From assembly GCA_030390025.1 (NCBI GenBank), contig CM059431.1, forward strand, positions 103,542,001 to 103,606,000: a DNA stretch of 64,000 nucleotides. The letters run 5' to 3'. The notes beneath the pieces are model-generated. The model did not search any database, was not told where the DNA came from, and worked only from the letters and a program-made list of their open reading frames with translations. This stretch comes from Squalus acanthias. Taxonomy: Eukaryota. The position numbers and the translations under genes were made by a program. Of the stretch, positions 49,591-61,560 are shown piece after piece (within the stretch, counting starts at the first letter, position 1; every line of letters begins with the position of its first letter).

Positions 49591-50779
49591 CATAACATAA
49601 GAACATAAGAACATAAGAAATAGGAGCAGGAGTAGGCCAATTGGCCCCTCGAGCCTGCTCCGCCATTCAATAAGATCATGGCTGATCTGATCCTAACCGC
49701 CAATCTACTATCACAGAACCATCTCCTGAACCTAACAGAATTGGACACACGAAATAGGAGCAGGATCAGGCTACACGGCCCCTGGGCCCGCTACGCTACC
49801 CACAGGGCCATGACCGATCCGAACCTAGACTCATGTCCAAATTCCTGCCCGCTCCCCGTAACCCTTAATTCCCTTTACTTCTAGGAAACTGTCTATTTCT
49901 GTTTTAAATTTATGTAATGATGTAGCTTCTACAGCTTTTTGGGGCAGCATATTCCATGGACCTACCACCCTCTGAGTGAAATAGTTCCTTCTCATCTCAG
50001 TTTTGAAAGAGCAGCCCCTTATTCTAAGACTATGCCCCCTAGTTCTAGTTTCACCCATTATCGGGAACATCCTCCCCGCATCCACCCGATCCAACCCCTT
50101 CACAATCTTATATGTTTCAATAAGATCGCCTCTCATTCTTCTGAACTCCAATGAGTAGAGTCCCAATCTACCGAACCTCTCCTCATATGTCCATCCCCTC
50201 ATCCCCGGGATTAACCGAGTGAACCTTCTTTGTACTGACTCGAGAGCAAGTATGTCTTTTCTTAAGTATGGACACCAAAATTGTATGCAGTATTCCAGGT
50301 GCGGTCTCACCAATACCTTGTACAACTGAAGCAATACCTCCCTATTTTTATAATCTATCCCCTTAGCAATGAAAGCCAACATTCCATTAGCCTTCTTAAT
50401 CACTTGCTGCACCTGCATACTAACCTTTTGAGTTTCGTGCACCAGGACCCCCAGATCCCTTTGTACTTTAGTACTTTCCAGTTTCTTGCCATTTAGATAA
50501 TAACTTGCTCTACTATTTTTCCTGCCAAAGTGCATAACCTCACACTTTCCAGTATTGTATTCCATCTGCCAAATCTCTGCCCACTTACTTAGCCTGTCTA
50601 TGTCCCCTTGCAGATTTTTTATGTCCTCCTCACTCACTACTTTCCCTCCCATCTTAGTATCATCTGCAAACTTTGATATGTTACACTCGGTCCCCTCCTC
50701 CAAATCGTTAATATAGATTGTAAAGAGTTGGGGACCCAGCACTGACCCCTGCGGAACACCACTAGTTACTGATTGCCAG
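49591..50779 (-). mobile_element. CR1 LINE, 5'-truncated, young double-tail subfamily
   Basis: Open RT ORF (49831-~50778) differing from the 10132-11265 copy at 7 of 315 shared residues. Confidence 0.97.
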
Positions 50780-50816
50780 AGGCGAATAGTGGGTCTGCGG
50801 GGGTCGGGGGGGGGGG

Positions 50817-51486
50817 TGTAAGATTCTGAAAAGTGTAATAAAACCACTGCTACCGTGTGGAGATCGAAATTACGAACGAATTGTAAGATGATAACGGACG
50901 GATTTAAAATGTAGCAAATCAGCAGGTGTTCTTTGTTTGTGAAGACACAAAATGGTGGTCAGTATGTGTTCTTTGTTTGAGAGGCCACCTGGACAATGAT
51001 TGACAAGGAAGTTCCGCCCCCCGTACATCTCACAGGAACAGGAACGTGTCATGCGGAAGGAAGTCCCATCAGGGAAGGCTTGGAGTGGGACTGACCTATC
51101 AGAGGGAGGCAGAGTGTGATTTACCATAACCCAGGGGCGGGAGTTTTCAAGTTTTCCGAAGAAAAAGCATCAGAGAACACAGAAGAGGAACACTGAAGAC
51201 AGCGCAGGAGGCAGATCACCCAGAGATGAAGGAGTATATATGGGAATCCGATATAAGCTTAGATATTGTTAAAAGGGTACTTTTATGTACATTTGAATTA
51301 ATAAGTTGCAGGCATATTTATTGCCGAGAGTTCTTTGAATTTATTGCCAAAGGTTCTTCTATGCACACTCGAATTTTGAACTATAGTGTGAATAAAGACC
51401 AATTTTATTGACCACATCCTTGTCTGTCATTGTTATGCTAATTCGTAATTCTCGAGGTCCGAACAGTAGTAAGAGAAAGTGCTACA
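50817..51486 (+). mobile_element. Solo LTR, 670 bp
   Basis: TGTA..TACA termini; gggg/gggg flanks; AATAAA ~51392; MITE sequence resumes on both sides. Confidence 0.72.
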
Positions 51487-52290
51487 GGGGTCCAAAAGTG
51501 TGCTGTGGAGGTGAGTGATGGGTGCAAGAGAGGAGAGGTGAGTATCTGAGGTAAGTGCAAAGTATAGAAAGAGTGTACTTACCTTTGTTTCTTCCTGCAG
51601 GCTTCAATCGGTGGGTATGCGGAGAGTCTCGCACCTCCGCGTTGGAGATGACAGATGTCCGTTGCATTCTCAGATGCAACAACCATCTCATTTCTGCAAA
51701 AGAAAGAGGTTTGATGAGGTCTTGAATTCAAGACATCATCAAACTACAGAGATTGTCAGTGTTTGACAGCTTCACAGAGCTGTCAAACGATGACAATTCA
51801 TCTGTCAAAAATTTTTGACAGATGAAACGTCAAACGCTGACGTTCTCTGCAACCGGCTTTCCTTTAATTAGCCTGCTGAGCCCGCTGGGCGGGCTTAACA
51901 AGGTCGATGAAGGGAAAATAGCATGGGTTGGCCAGAAGTTGATGGAGGCGGGACTGAAACCCGACAAGTGGGAGTCCCGCCTCCAAAAGCTCCCCATTGG
52001 CAAAATCACCCCCTATGTTTCAGGTCGATGACCTCATTCTCCAATTGGCTGTGGGAAGGCAGGAGCTCCGCGAGGTTGGACGTGTCGGGCTGACTGATGG
52101 CGGGGCGGCTGGAGGTCACGTGACAAAATCTCCTGGAATACGTCCAACCAGCGTCGGTAATGCCGCCTCTCACTGAGGCCCCAGACACCGAAGACTTCAT
52201 GTCTAAGTACTTCATTTGACCGACTTTCTAAACGTACACCTTCAAGAAGCATCTAAGGTGCGCTTCCTCAAATTTAGCATCGGTGCAAAG

Positions 52291-52395
52291 CAGCGTTCCC
52301 TGTAAGGCGTGCAGCCGCACGCCCGGGCACCGCTCCAGGGAACCCACGCAGCCGGCTTGCTGGCATTTCAATGTTAAAAATTACAGGGCACGTAG
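52291..52395. mobile_element. Short hAT-type MITE
   Basis: Ends cagcgttccctgtaa / ttacagggcacgtag; 8-bp TSD gtgcaaag/gcgcaaag. Confidence 0.7.
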
Positions 52396-52819
52396 GCGCA
52401 AAGTGATTTCAGCATTGCATCGATGCTAAATTTGGGTAGTATAGCTGCGTTATTCTGCTTGAACTTACTCCAAAGTGAAGCAATGTAATTGCAATGCAAT
52501 GGAACAGCACCTCATCTTTCGTTTAGGCACTTTACAGCCTTCTGGACTCAATATCAAGTTCAACAATTTCAGATCATAATCCCGGCCCCCACCACATATA
52601 TATAAATTTTATCCACCCTTTTGGTTTGTGCCTTTTTCCTTTTTTTCTTCTCTCTCTCCCCCTACGGCAGCTGTCTCTCATTCTGCCTGCATTTCACACT
52701 TCACCTTTTGTTTCTCAACCTGTCCCATTACCATCTCGTCTTGCCTTGAGCATCTCTTAATGTCTCTACTTACCATAGTTATCCCCCCCCGCCACCCCCC
52801 AGCCTCCCCCTTGCATTTT

Positions 52820-52978
52820 TATCTGTTTCATTTCCTGCTCTTTTCTCAGTTCTGACGAAGGGTTTCGACCTGAAACGTTAATTCTGTTTCTCTCTCCACG
52901 GATGTTGCCTGGCCTGCTGAGTTTTTCCAGCGTTTTCTGTTGTTATTTCAATTTTCCAGCATCCGCAGTATTTTGCTA
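52820..52978 (+). mobile_element. Penelope-like element terminal repeat fragment
   Basis: Hammerhead followed by tctctctccacggatgttgcctggcctgctgag..catccgcagtattttgc. Confidence 0.65.
52848..52883 (+). ncRNA. Minimal type I hammerhead ribozyme motif (Penelope-like element)
   Basis: AGUU-CUGACGA-AGGGU-UUCG-ACCU-GAAA-CG-UU-AAUU: core boxes, stem II, 4-bp stem I with one G-U pair, palindromic ACGU in place of stem III. Confidence 0.7.
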
Positions 52979-53917
52979 TCGTAATTTGCTTCAGTGCTGG
53001 GCTGGACCCCGACTTCCCATTCCAGCTGCATTTTATAGACTTACTGCAGCCGTGGTGTGGAGTGAAATCAGGTTGGAACTGACATGCGACCTGCTCTCTT
53101 AATTGTTTCACTTTAGGCACATTTTGATTGATCAGTGTTTGGGCTGTCGGCCAACGCCGGTTGGATGTATTCCGGGAGTTTTCAATCATGTGACCTCCGA
53201 CCGCCCCGCCATTGGTCGCCCGGCGCGTCCGTCCAGGCAGAGCCCCGCCTTCCCACGGCCAATTGGAAAGCAAGCAGACACTTCATTACCCGATTGGACG
53301 ATGCTCGACTGTCAATCAATCAGCCTTTCCTTCCCCCCATCCCCCCCCACCCCCGCCAAATCTCTGATAATTTTTATAACTGGCAATGGAAAGTGTTCAC
53401 AGATTGAAAAAAAAAACACCATGTCCTTGTGACTTTTCTCCTGGGTTGCTAGAAGCAAATGTCCTAGAGATTGACCTCCATTTCCTGGGGACTCCAGGGC
53501 GACTTCCGAGCAAGAGAATGCCTGCGACCAGTCACTGACCTCCAAAGCACCGTCGACCAGTCAAAGCGCTGAATCCCCTGCGCCCGCTAAACGCTCTCGC
53601 GTTCTGGTGATTTGGTAAGTTCCAGGGGTTGCGGGCAGCTCCGGCTGGTGTTGGCAGCCTGGCGTTAGTGTGGTGTCTGTTTGCATGGAGCAGTTTATGG
53701 TGGGGTGGTTCGCTGTACCTGCAGATGGTCCAGTTTCATCCAAGGAGAGAAAATAAGTAAAAAGCTAGCAGCATACCTCAGGAGGTTAGTTTCAATAAAA
53801 TGATTTGGTTTTGTATAAATACTTACGTCTTGTACATTAAGTAAATAGTCAAATGAATAGTCATGTTTTCAATTATAATTTGGACTAAGATTCATATTAG
53901 TTAAGATGCTGGATAGC

Positions 53918-54585
53918 AAACGTCCCAGGGTGCTTCACAGGAGCGATTATCAAATAAAATTTGACACCGATCCACCTAAGGAGATATTAGGAGAGGTGAC
54001 CAAAAGCTTGGTCAAAGAGGTAAGTTTTAAGGAGCATTTTAAAGGAGGAGAGAGAGATAGAGAGGCGGAGAGGTTCAGGGAGGGAATCCCAGAGCTTAGG
54101 GCCCAGGCAACAGAAGGCACGGCCGCCAATGGTGGAGCGATGGAAAGCAGGGATGCTCAAGAGGCTAGACTTGGAGGAGTGCAGAGATCTCGAGGGGTTG
54201 TAGGACTGGAGGAAGTTACAGAGATAGGGAGGGGGCGAGGCCATGGAGGGATTTGAGTACAAGCATGAGAATGTTAAAATCGAGGCGTTGCCGGACCGAG
54301 AGCGATTGTAGGTCAGCGAGCACAGGGGGTGATGGGCGAACGGGACTTGGTGCGAGTTAGGACACGGGCAGCAGAGTTTCGGATGACCTCAAGTTTACAG
54401 AGAATTTAAGGTGGGAGGGCGGCCAGGAGAGCGTTGGAATAGCCGAGTCCAAAGGTAGCAAAGACATGGATGAGGGTTTCAGCAGCAAATGAGCTGAGGC
54501 AAGGGTGGAGACGGGCGATGTTATGGAGGTGGAAATAGGCGGTCCTGGTGATGGAGAGGATATGGAGTCGGAAGCTCAGCTCAGG
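53918..54585 (-). mobile_element. L2 LINE 3' fragment
   Basis: ORF 53987-54262 PPYLCNFLQSYNPSRSLHSS..GGRAF..LWDSLP..KTYLF; L2 similarity continues to ~54585. Confidence 0.92.
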
Positions 54586-54737
54586 TTAGCTGTATACCTC
54601 AGAAAATTAGTTTCAGTAAAATGATTTGGTCTTATATAAATACTTAACAGGCAGAAAATCTTGAACATTAAGTAAATAATCAAAGGTAATGGCATTTTTT
54701 CCAATTATTATTATGGACTAAGCTTCATCTTAGTTAA

Positions 54738-54932
54738 TGATGCGGAGATGCCGGTGTTGGACTGGGGTGGACAAAAGTGAGAAGTCGCACAACACCAGGT
54801 TATAGTCCAACAGCTTTATTTGAAATCACAAGCTTTCGGAGCGCTGCTCCTTCAAGGAGCAGCGCTCCGAAAGCTTGTGATTTCAAATAAAGCTGTTGGA
54901 CTATAACCTGGTGTTGTGCGACTTCTCACTTT
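54738..54932. mobile_element. Penelope-like terminal repeat with inverted truncated copy
   Basis: Perfect 79-bp inverted repeat 54774-54852 / 54854-54932; TSD ttcatcttagttaa at 54724-54737 and 54931-54944; arms carry a partial hammerhead (ggagcagcgctcc-gaaagctt). Confidence 0.8.
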
Positions 54933-55959
54933 CATCTTAGTTAAGGCTGCATTACATTGAAAGGAAAGTACCTGATTCTGGGATGGATAATCTGATATCA
55001 ACAACAAGCACTTGGATTTCTGTCGCGCTCATTACGTGCAGAAAGATGTATTAAAGCACTTTACATCTCGGAGGAAAATGAGCAGTGAGCACTGAGCAAG
55101 AAGAAACAAGGGAGAAATGCATTGCCCACAGTTTTCTATCCATTAACTGTAACACTGTTAAATAACTGTAACTGTAAAAGACGAGGTCCCCTTCTCCTCA
55201 GAAGCACTAATATATTTTCCACACTTGTCTTCTCGAGAACAGTAAATCTATTTTTGCATCTCCTGCTGGTTCAAATAATATTCAACTCTGTTGATATTTC
55301 ATGCCTGATCCAAGTGTGGATGGGGGAAGGGGGGCAGCTCAAGATTACTGCCCTCATTAAAAAAAGACCTCACCAACAATGGGGACCACCTCTGGGTCAG
55401 TAAGTGTGCTTTTTGTCTTTGTTCTGTCACTGCATTGCGATTTCCCAATCAGCACATCTGGAATGCCTTATGCCTGATTTCTTATCTGGGATGAGAGACT
55501 CGTTTCCTGCTGGTTATGGTGATAAGCCGTGATTGTCACAGATGAGTTGTGATTGGGTCAGTGACATTGCCGCTGATTGGAAAATTCCCTTGTCCCCACT
55601 CAAGTGCTGGCGAAGGCATTTCATCACAAATAACTGCATTAGATCCTTAATCCCCAGCAACTGGTAAATCTTTCCCCATTGTTTTCCAAAGTGTTTGGTT
55701 GAAAATTGCTTTGCAACTAGTAATTTTCAACTAATCAGAGGAACCTGTCAATAAATAAAAGATTAACTGCAACGCCATACCATTCAATTTTCTTCACCGC
55801 TGCTTTGCTTTGTTAGATGAGACTGTGCAGTGCTCCAAATCTTTTTATTCACAAAAACCCTGATGAGTTTGCCTATTGTTTTTGTTTCTGTGACTGTCAG
55901 CTACCTCTGCTGCTTCCCCTTGCCACTCTAGCCCTGAACCCGCATCCTTCTCTAGTTTC

Positions 55960-57920
55960 TCTCCTATCTCCCCTCATGCCCTCTCCGAGCTCATCTTGCC
56001 CATGGGATCCATCTCCTGCACCCTTAACCCCATTCCGCTAAAACTGCTGACTAACTAATTTCCCTTCCTAGTCCCCAAGCTAGCTGGCATTGCAAATGGT
56101 TTATTCTCCTGTGACAGCTGTGGCTCAGTTGGTAGCACTCTCGCCTCTGAGTCAGAAAGTTGTGGGTTCAGGTCTCTGGAGCACAAAAATCTTGGCTACC
56201 ACTCCACTGCAATACCGAGGGAGTGCTGCACTGTCGGAGGTGCCGTCTTTCAGATGAGACATTAAACTGAGGCCCCGTCTGCTCTCTCAGGAGGATGTAA
56301 AAGATCCCATGGACACTATTTCAAAGAAGAACAGGGGTGTTATTCCCGGTGTCCTGGCCAATATTCATCGCAAAAACAGATTATCAGGTCATTATCACAT
56401 TGCTGTTTGTGGGAGCTTGCTGTGCACAATTTGGCTGCCACGTTTCCTACATTACAACAGCGACTACACTTAAAAAGTACTTCATTGACTGTAAATTGCT
56501 TTGGGATGTCAAGGCACTATATAAATGCAAGTCTTCTTTTAAAGTATTATCTCCCTCTTTCAAAATTGCAGTCATCGCCCTCTTGCTTATAAAAAATCCT
56601 CAACACCTCTGCCCTTGCAAACTCGTGCCCCATCTCCAAGCTCCCTTTCCTTACCAAAGTTTTTTGAATGCATTGTCGCCTCCCAAATCCTTGCCCACTT
56701 TTCCCTCAACCCTATGTTTGAATCTTTCCAATCAGGCTTCTGCCCTATGCCACAGCATTCAAACAGTCCTCATCAATGTCATTAAATGATATCCTCTGTG
56801 ACTGAGGTGCACTAACCCTCCTCATCCTTAACAACCTCGTTGCAGCCATTGAACCGGTTGATTACACTAACCTCGCCCCACACCTCTCTTCCATTTTCAA
56901 ACTTAGTTTCACTCCTAGCTATTCAATCATAGCCAGGGCACCCTCAAGAATGACTTCTCTTCCCGCCCCTGCACAGTTACCTCCAGTTCTGTAAGGATCT
57001 ATCCTTGGAGCCCCCTCCTCCTCCTCATCTACTTGCCACTCCTTAGCAACATCACCCAAAGACATGGGGTCAGGTTCCACAGACACCCATCTCTACCTCT
57101 CCACTACCTCTCTTGACCCGTCCACTGCTCCATGTTGTCGGACTGCTTGTCAGACATCCTGTCTTGGATTAGGTACAATGGCTTAAACATTGGTAAAACT
57201 GAAAGCATCCTCTTCGGCCCCCCTGCTACAAACTCTGTAGTCTTGCCACTGAATCCAACCCCCTCTCGGCACATGGTCTCAGGTTAAAGCAGTCTGTTCA
57301 CAACCTCAGTGTCCCATAGGAGTTTCTAACCCCGTATCATCTCCATCACAATGACCACCTAAATCCACCTCCATAACATCGCCTGCCTCAGCCTGTCTGC
57401 TTCCCATCCTCCACGCTATGCAAACTTTAGCTTATCCAGAACACTAGTACCCATATCCTGTCCTCCACCAAGCCCCACTCACCCATCACACCTGTCATCG
57501 CTTCTCTATGCTGGCTTCTGGTCCCCCAATGCCTCCAATTTAAAATTCTCATCTTCATATTGAAATCCACTCATGGCCTTGCCCCAGCCTATCTCTGTAT
57601 CCTCCTCCAGCCCTTCCATCCACCCTGCAGGACTCTGCTGACCTGACGCTAGCCCTTTTGTGCAAACCCACCACCTTCACTCCACCATTGGCGGCCGCAC
57701 CTTCAGGCATTTAGACTTACACACAAAATTCCTCCCTAAACATCTCCACCTCACTTTCCTCCTCTAAGATCCTCCTTAAATCCCATCGCTTTGACCAAGC
57801 TTTTGGTCATTCCTCCTAATATCTTCTCCTTTGGCTTGCCATCCATCTTTGTTTGACTACACCTCTGTGAAAGTGCCTTGGGACATCTTTCCATGTGCTA
57901 TATCAATGCAAGTTGCTGGT
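55960..57920 (+). mobile_element. Highly decayed L2 LINE ORF2 plus tail, interrupted by a SINE
   Basis: C-rich degenerate RT-like blocks (caatcaggcttc, aaggatctatccttggagcccc, aacattggtaaaactgaa) ending in L2 tail gtgccttgggac..aatgcaagttg. Confidence 0.75.
56113..56540 (+). mobile_element. Deu-SINE, near full length
   Basis: tggctcagttggtagc head, body and tail. Confidence 0.9.
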
Positions 57921-58277
57921 GGGTAAAGTAAAAATGTAATAAATGGCACCAACATATATGCTGCAAGAGCATCTGATTACCTAAAAGGTAATATGTGTAA
58001 GACAGTGTTTCAGCCAGTGCCATAATGTTGGATAGCTTCATTCATGCATCTGAAGTGTCAATTGATACTCTATTTACTCACTGCACTCAGTCCTATTCTC
58101 TAAGGGTTTGAAGATCTGCTGAGAAATCTGGCTTACAAACACATGTAATATTTCTCGTGCACTGTTTAATTAAATTTATGGGGACATTTTTCGATGAGTG
58201 TTCTTTACACACTCACAACAAATTCCGGTTTTATTTTAAGCCAGGCGTTATACTGTTTAAGTATGCATAGACTCTAC

Positions 58278-59020
58278 AGCCCAGATTTTGCGATCAGTGG
58301 CAAACGACCAGCGCTCGCTGTTCACTACGCTGACAGCTGCCCACAAAGTTTTCGCGAGCTTTTGAGCAGGGACTCGCTGTAATCCGGCGTCTGATCCGGC
58401 GTGGCACCCTCTACAGGGCATCTGTGAGCAGGGCAAGAGAAACATCCAAGATCTTCAACCTATCAGATTGAAGAATCTTTACTGAGACATGCAGAGTCCA
58501 AACCAGGAAGTATAAAGCAGGAAGGATAAATCAGATTTAAATCATGTACAGAAAGCAAAATAAAGATTGGAAAAGACAGATGGGACTAAGCGATAGAGAG
58601 AGATAAAAGAGACAGACAGAAAAAGTAAAAAAAAGTTTAATTTAAAAAAAATCTCCAACACCAATTAACTCCTGAATGAATGAGACTCCTACTTGAAAAA
58701 TTAAATTTTCAGGGCCAGAGAGGTTGTTTGGCAGTAATTATCACTTATCACATCATTAAAAACTCACTTACAATCTGAATGCACTAGCCCTAACTTTTTG
58801 TGGCATCTTTAGTGGGGAACTAATGGGTAAGTACCCCAACTTCACACCGTTGCATCGATTTCAATGCTGAGCCTATTGGCGAGGACTGCAACAGCGCACC
58901 CTGTGGTGGAGCAGGGTATCTCTGACAGCAACTTCCGGATCTCCGCGTTTAGTTACACATGTGCGCTCGCAGGAAGTTGCTGTCCGATTTACTCCGTTAT
59001 AATGGTGAGCACTGTTATCA
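58278..59020. mobile_element. Old MITE-like element (related fragment at ~22250-22560)
   Basis: TIR-like gcccagattttgcgatcag; shares aaaccaggaa and aaataaagattgg blocks with 22470-22540. Confidence 0.45.
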
Positions 59021-60529
59021 CGTTTCATTTCACTTAAAGGATAATGAACGAGGAAATTGCTGTTTGCGACCTTTTTTTGTTATTAATCATCACCATTTGT
59101 TGGTTACAGGTGTATTTTAAAATTGGAAAGAAACAAGAAAAATATATCTGTTGCGTAGAAAAAAAATCATCAGCAGTGCAATCCCTTAATGATTCTCTGT
59201 TTAACATTCCTGCCTGCCTTCATGGACATAACTATAGTTAATGCAATTTGGAATGATTGTGAAAGATCAATTAAGTATAAAAGATGTTTTTTTGATAATC
59301 TCAATTGGTTCAGATGTGTCAAGTAGCTGTTATGCTACTGATGAAAGAGACCAACTTCCATGCATTGTGTGAACTAAATACCTATAATCATAGCATCATT
59401 TATTGTACACTGATTCCCATGTCATTTGGTCTTACAGGCAGCAACAGTGGCATATTTTAGTTCTTATAAATCATACTAGCTTAACTGATGATCACAGACA
59501 GCAGGGACTAGGTTTTCTAAGCAACCTGTACGTTGCAAACATATAATTAGCACCTTAAAAGTGTGACAGCGTTAATACCTCAGGAGTAATTGGCGGCAGA
59601 ATCTCCTTCCACAGATTCAACGGCGTAATCTACACAAGCGTGCAGAAACATGTTAAATATTGTCAGTTGTCATGTTGTAAGGATCATGAATTCAGCGGTT
59701 ATGATGCATTTCAGCTGTTAATGAACACAAACTGCCGTGCGTTTTCTTGTGCAGATGCCGGGAGGAACCTAACCATGCATGCTGTAGACTCTGCGGAAGA
59801 TTTTGGTCGGCTGTCAGGATGAAATATTGGTTCATAGGCATTGGGTACAGTTTGCACAGGACACTATCCATCAGGTTGGCTCAATGCTTTAAGCATTCAG
59901 GGCATCAACTTTATGCATCAATATGGCTAGTTCAAAAAAAAAGCTTTTTTTACAGATTGCTTCAAAATACATTCCAGAGCACGAGTTTCCAGTTTAGTGC
60001 GCTTTGGAAAGAGTTGGTAAAAGCAAAGAGAATGCGAGACATCAGAAGATAGCACTGGGTAGTGTTATAAGTGGGATAGCATACTAATCTTCTTTAAAAA
60101 CTAGGCTACCATGTTCATAGGTAACTTGCACAAGATTGGGGGCGATAATCAAATCCGTAACCTTCACATCATTTAGATTGTATCCTGATCAAACATGCAG
60201 AGAGCCAACAATTCACACAATCATTGGCTTTGTTTACTGCCAGCAAATCGAATCCAAATTCCGTTGCATGAAGGCACTGCCTTAGCCGTACTAAATGCCG
60301 GACACATCAATAAGGTCCCAGCCTCAATTCCTGGTCTGTGTTGAGTTAGCTGATTCCCATCCCAGGCAGCAATTGAGATGCTGCAATTGGTTCCAGTACC
60401 CTGAGATAGGAAGGGGGGGTGGGGGGGGGCGGCAAAATCAGTCACCACTTCGAATCCTTATCTATTGAGTCCTGCTGGTAAGTGAAAACTGAGTGAGAGC
60501 ATGGTGCGTGGGAGGGGTTAATATTTAGA

Positions 60530-61090
60530 AAGAACATAGAAAAAAATAGGAGCAGGAGTAGGCCATTCGGCCCTTCGAGCCTGCTCCACCATTCAATATG
60601 ATCATGGCTGATCCTCTATCTCAATACCATATTCCCACTCTCTCCCCATACCCCTTGATGCCTTTTGTGTCTAGAAATCTATCTATCTCCTTCTTAAATA
60701 TATTCAGTGACTTGGCCTCCACAGCCTTCTGTGGTCGAGAATTCCACAGGTTCACCACCCTCTGAGTGAAGAAATTTCTCCTCATCTCAGTCCTAAATGT
60801 CCTACCCCGTATCCTGAGACTGTGACCCCTCATTCTAGACCCCCCCAGCCAGGGGAAACATCCTCCCTGCATCCAGTCTGTCTAGCCCTGTCAGAATTTT
60901 ATATGTTTCAATGAGATCCCCTCTCATTCTTCTAAACTCTAGTGAATACAGGTCTAGTCGACCCAATCTCTCCTCATGCGACAGTCCTGCCATCCCAGGA
61001 ATCAGTCTGGTGAACCTTCACTGCACTCCCTCTATGGCAAGTATATCCTTTCTTAGGTAAGGAGACCAAACCTGCACACAGTACTCCAGG
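60530..61090 (-). mobile_element. CR1 LINE 3' fragment
   Basis: RGHSLRIRGRTFRTEMRRNFFTQRVVNLWNS; CR1 tail at ~60530. Confidence 0.93.
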
Positions 61091-61225
61091 TTTGAAAAGT
61101 TCTAGCTCCCGGCTACAACCCGCCGTATTCCCAACCGCCGCTGTCGACAAGGCTGCGCTTAGGGATTATTTTACAATCGCGCACAGCTGGTGAGAATCCC
61201 CAGTGGAAAAGTATGTTCCGAAGTA

Positions 61226-61560
61226 AGAAAGAACTTGCATTTATATAGCGCCTTTCATGACTGCAGGACATGCTTTACAGCCGCTGAAGTATTTTTGAAG
61301 TGTAGTCACTTTTGTAATCTGGGCAAACACAGCAGTCAATTTGTGCACAGCAAAGTCCCTCAGCCAACATCACTAAAAACAGATGATCTGGTCATTATCA
61401 CATCGCTGTGTGTGGGAGCTTGCTGTGCGCAATTGGCTGCCACGTTTCCTACATTACAACAGTGGCTGCACTCCAAAAGGTACTTCATTGGCTGTAAAGC
61501 GCTTTGGGACGTCCTGAGAGTGTGAAAGGTGTTATAGAAATGCAAGTTCTCCTTTCTTTT
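61226..61560. mobile_element. Two 5'-truncated Deu-SINE tails joined head-to-head
   Basis: Minus-strand tail 61226-61355 abuts plus-strand 3' half 61357-61560. Confidence 0.8.

Larger units (their letters stand above)
49307..52013. mobile_element. MITE family E (inverted relative to 39872), split by CR1 and solo LTR
   Basis: Ends gggcgtgatcttacca / tggcaaaatcaccccc; shares ctgttaacaggtagttaacagg, the tgacag hairpins and agcccgctgggcgggcttaacaagg with 39872-40705. Confidence 0.8.
49200..52033 (-). mobile_element. Penelope-associated repeat fragment split by nested insertions (49200-49306 and 52014-52033)
   Basis: ..gaaacagagttaac | MITE | tatgtttcaggtcgatgacc = reverse complement of the 52860-52978 type sequence. 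Confidence 0.65.
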
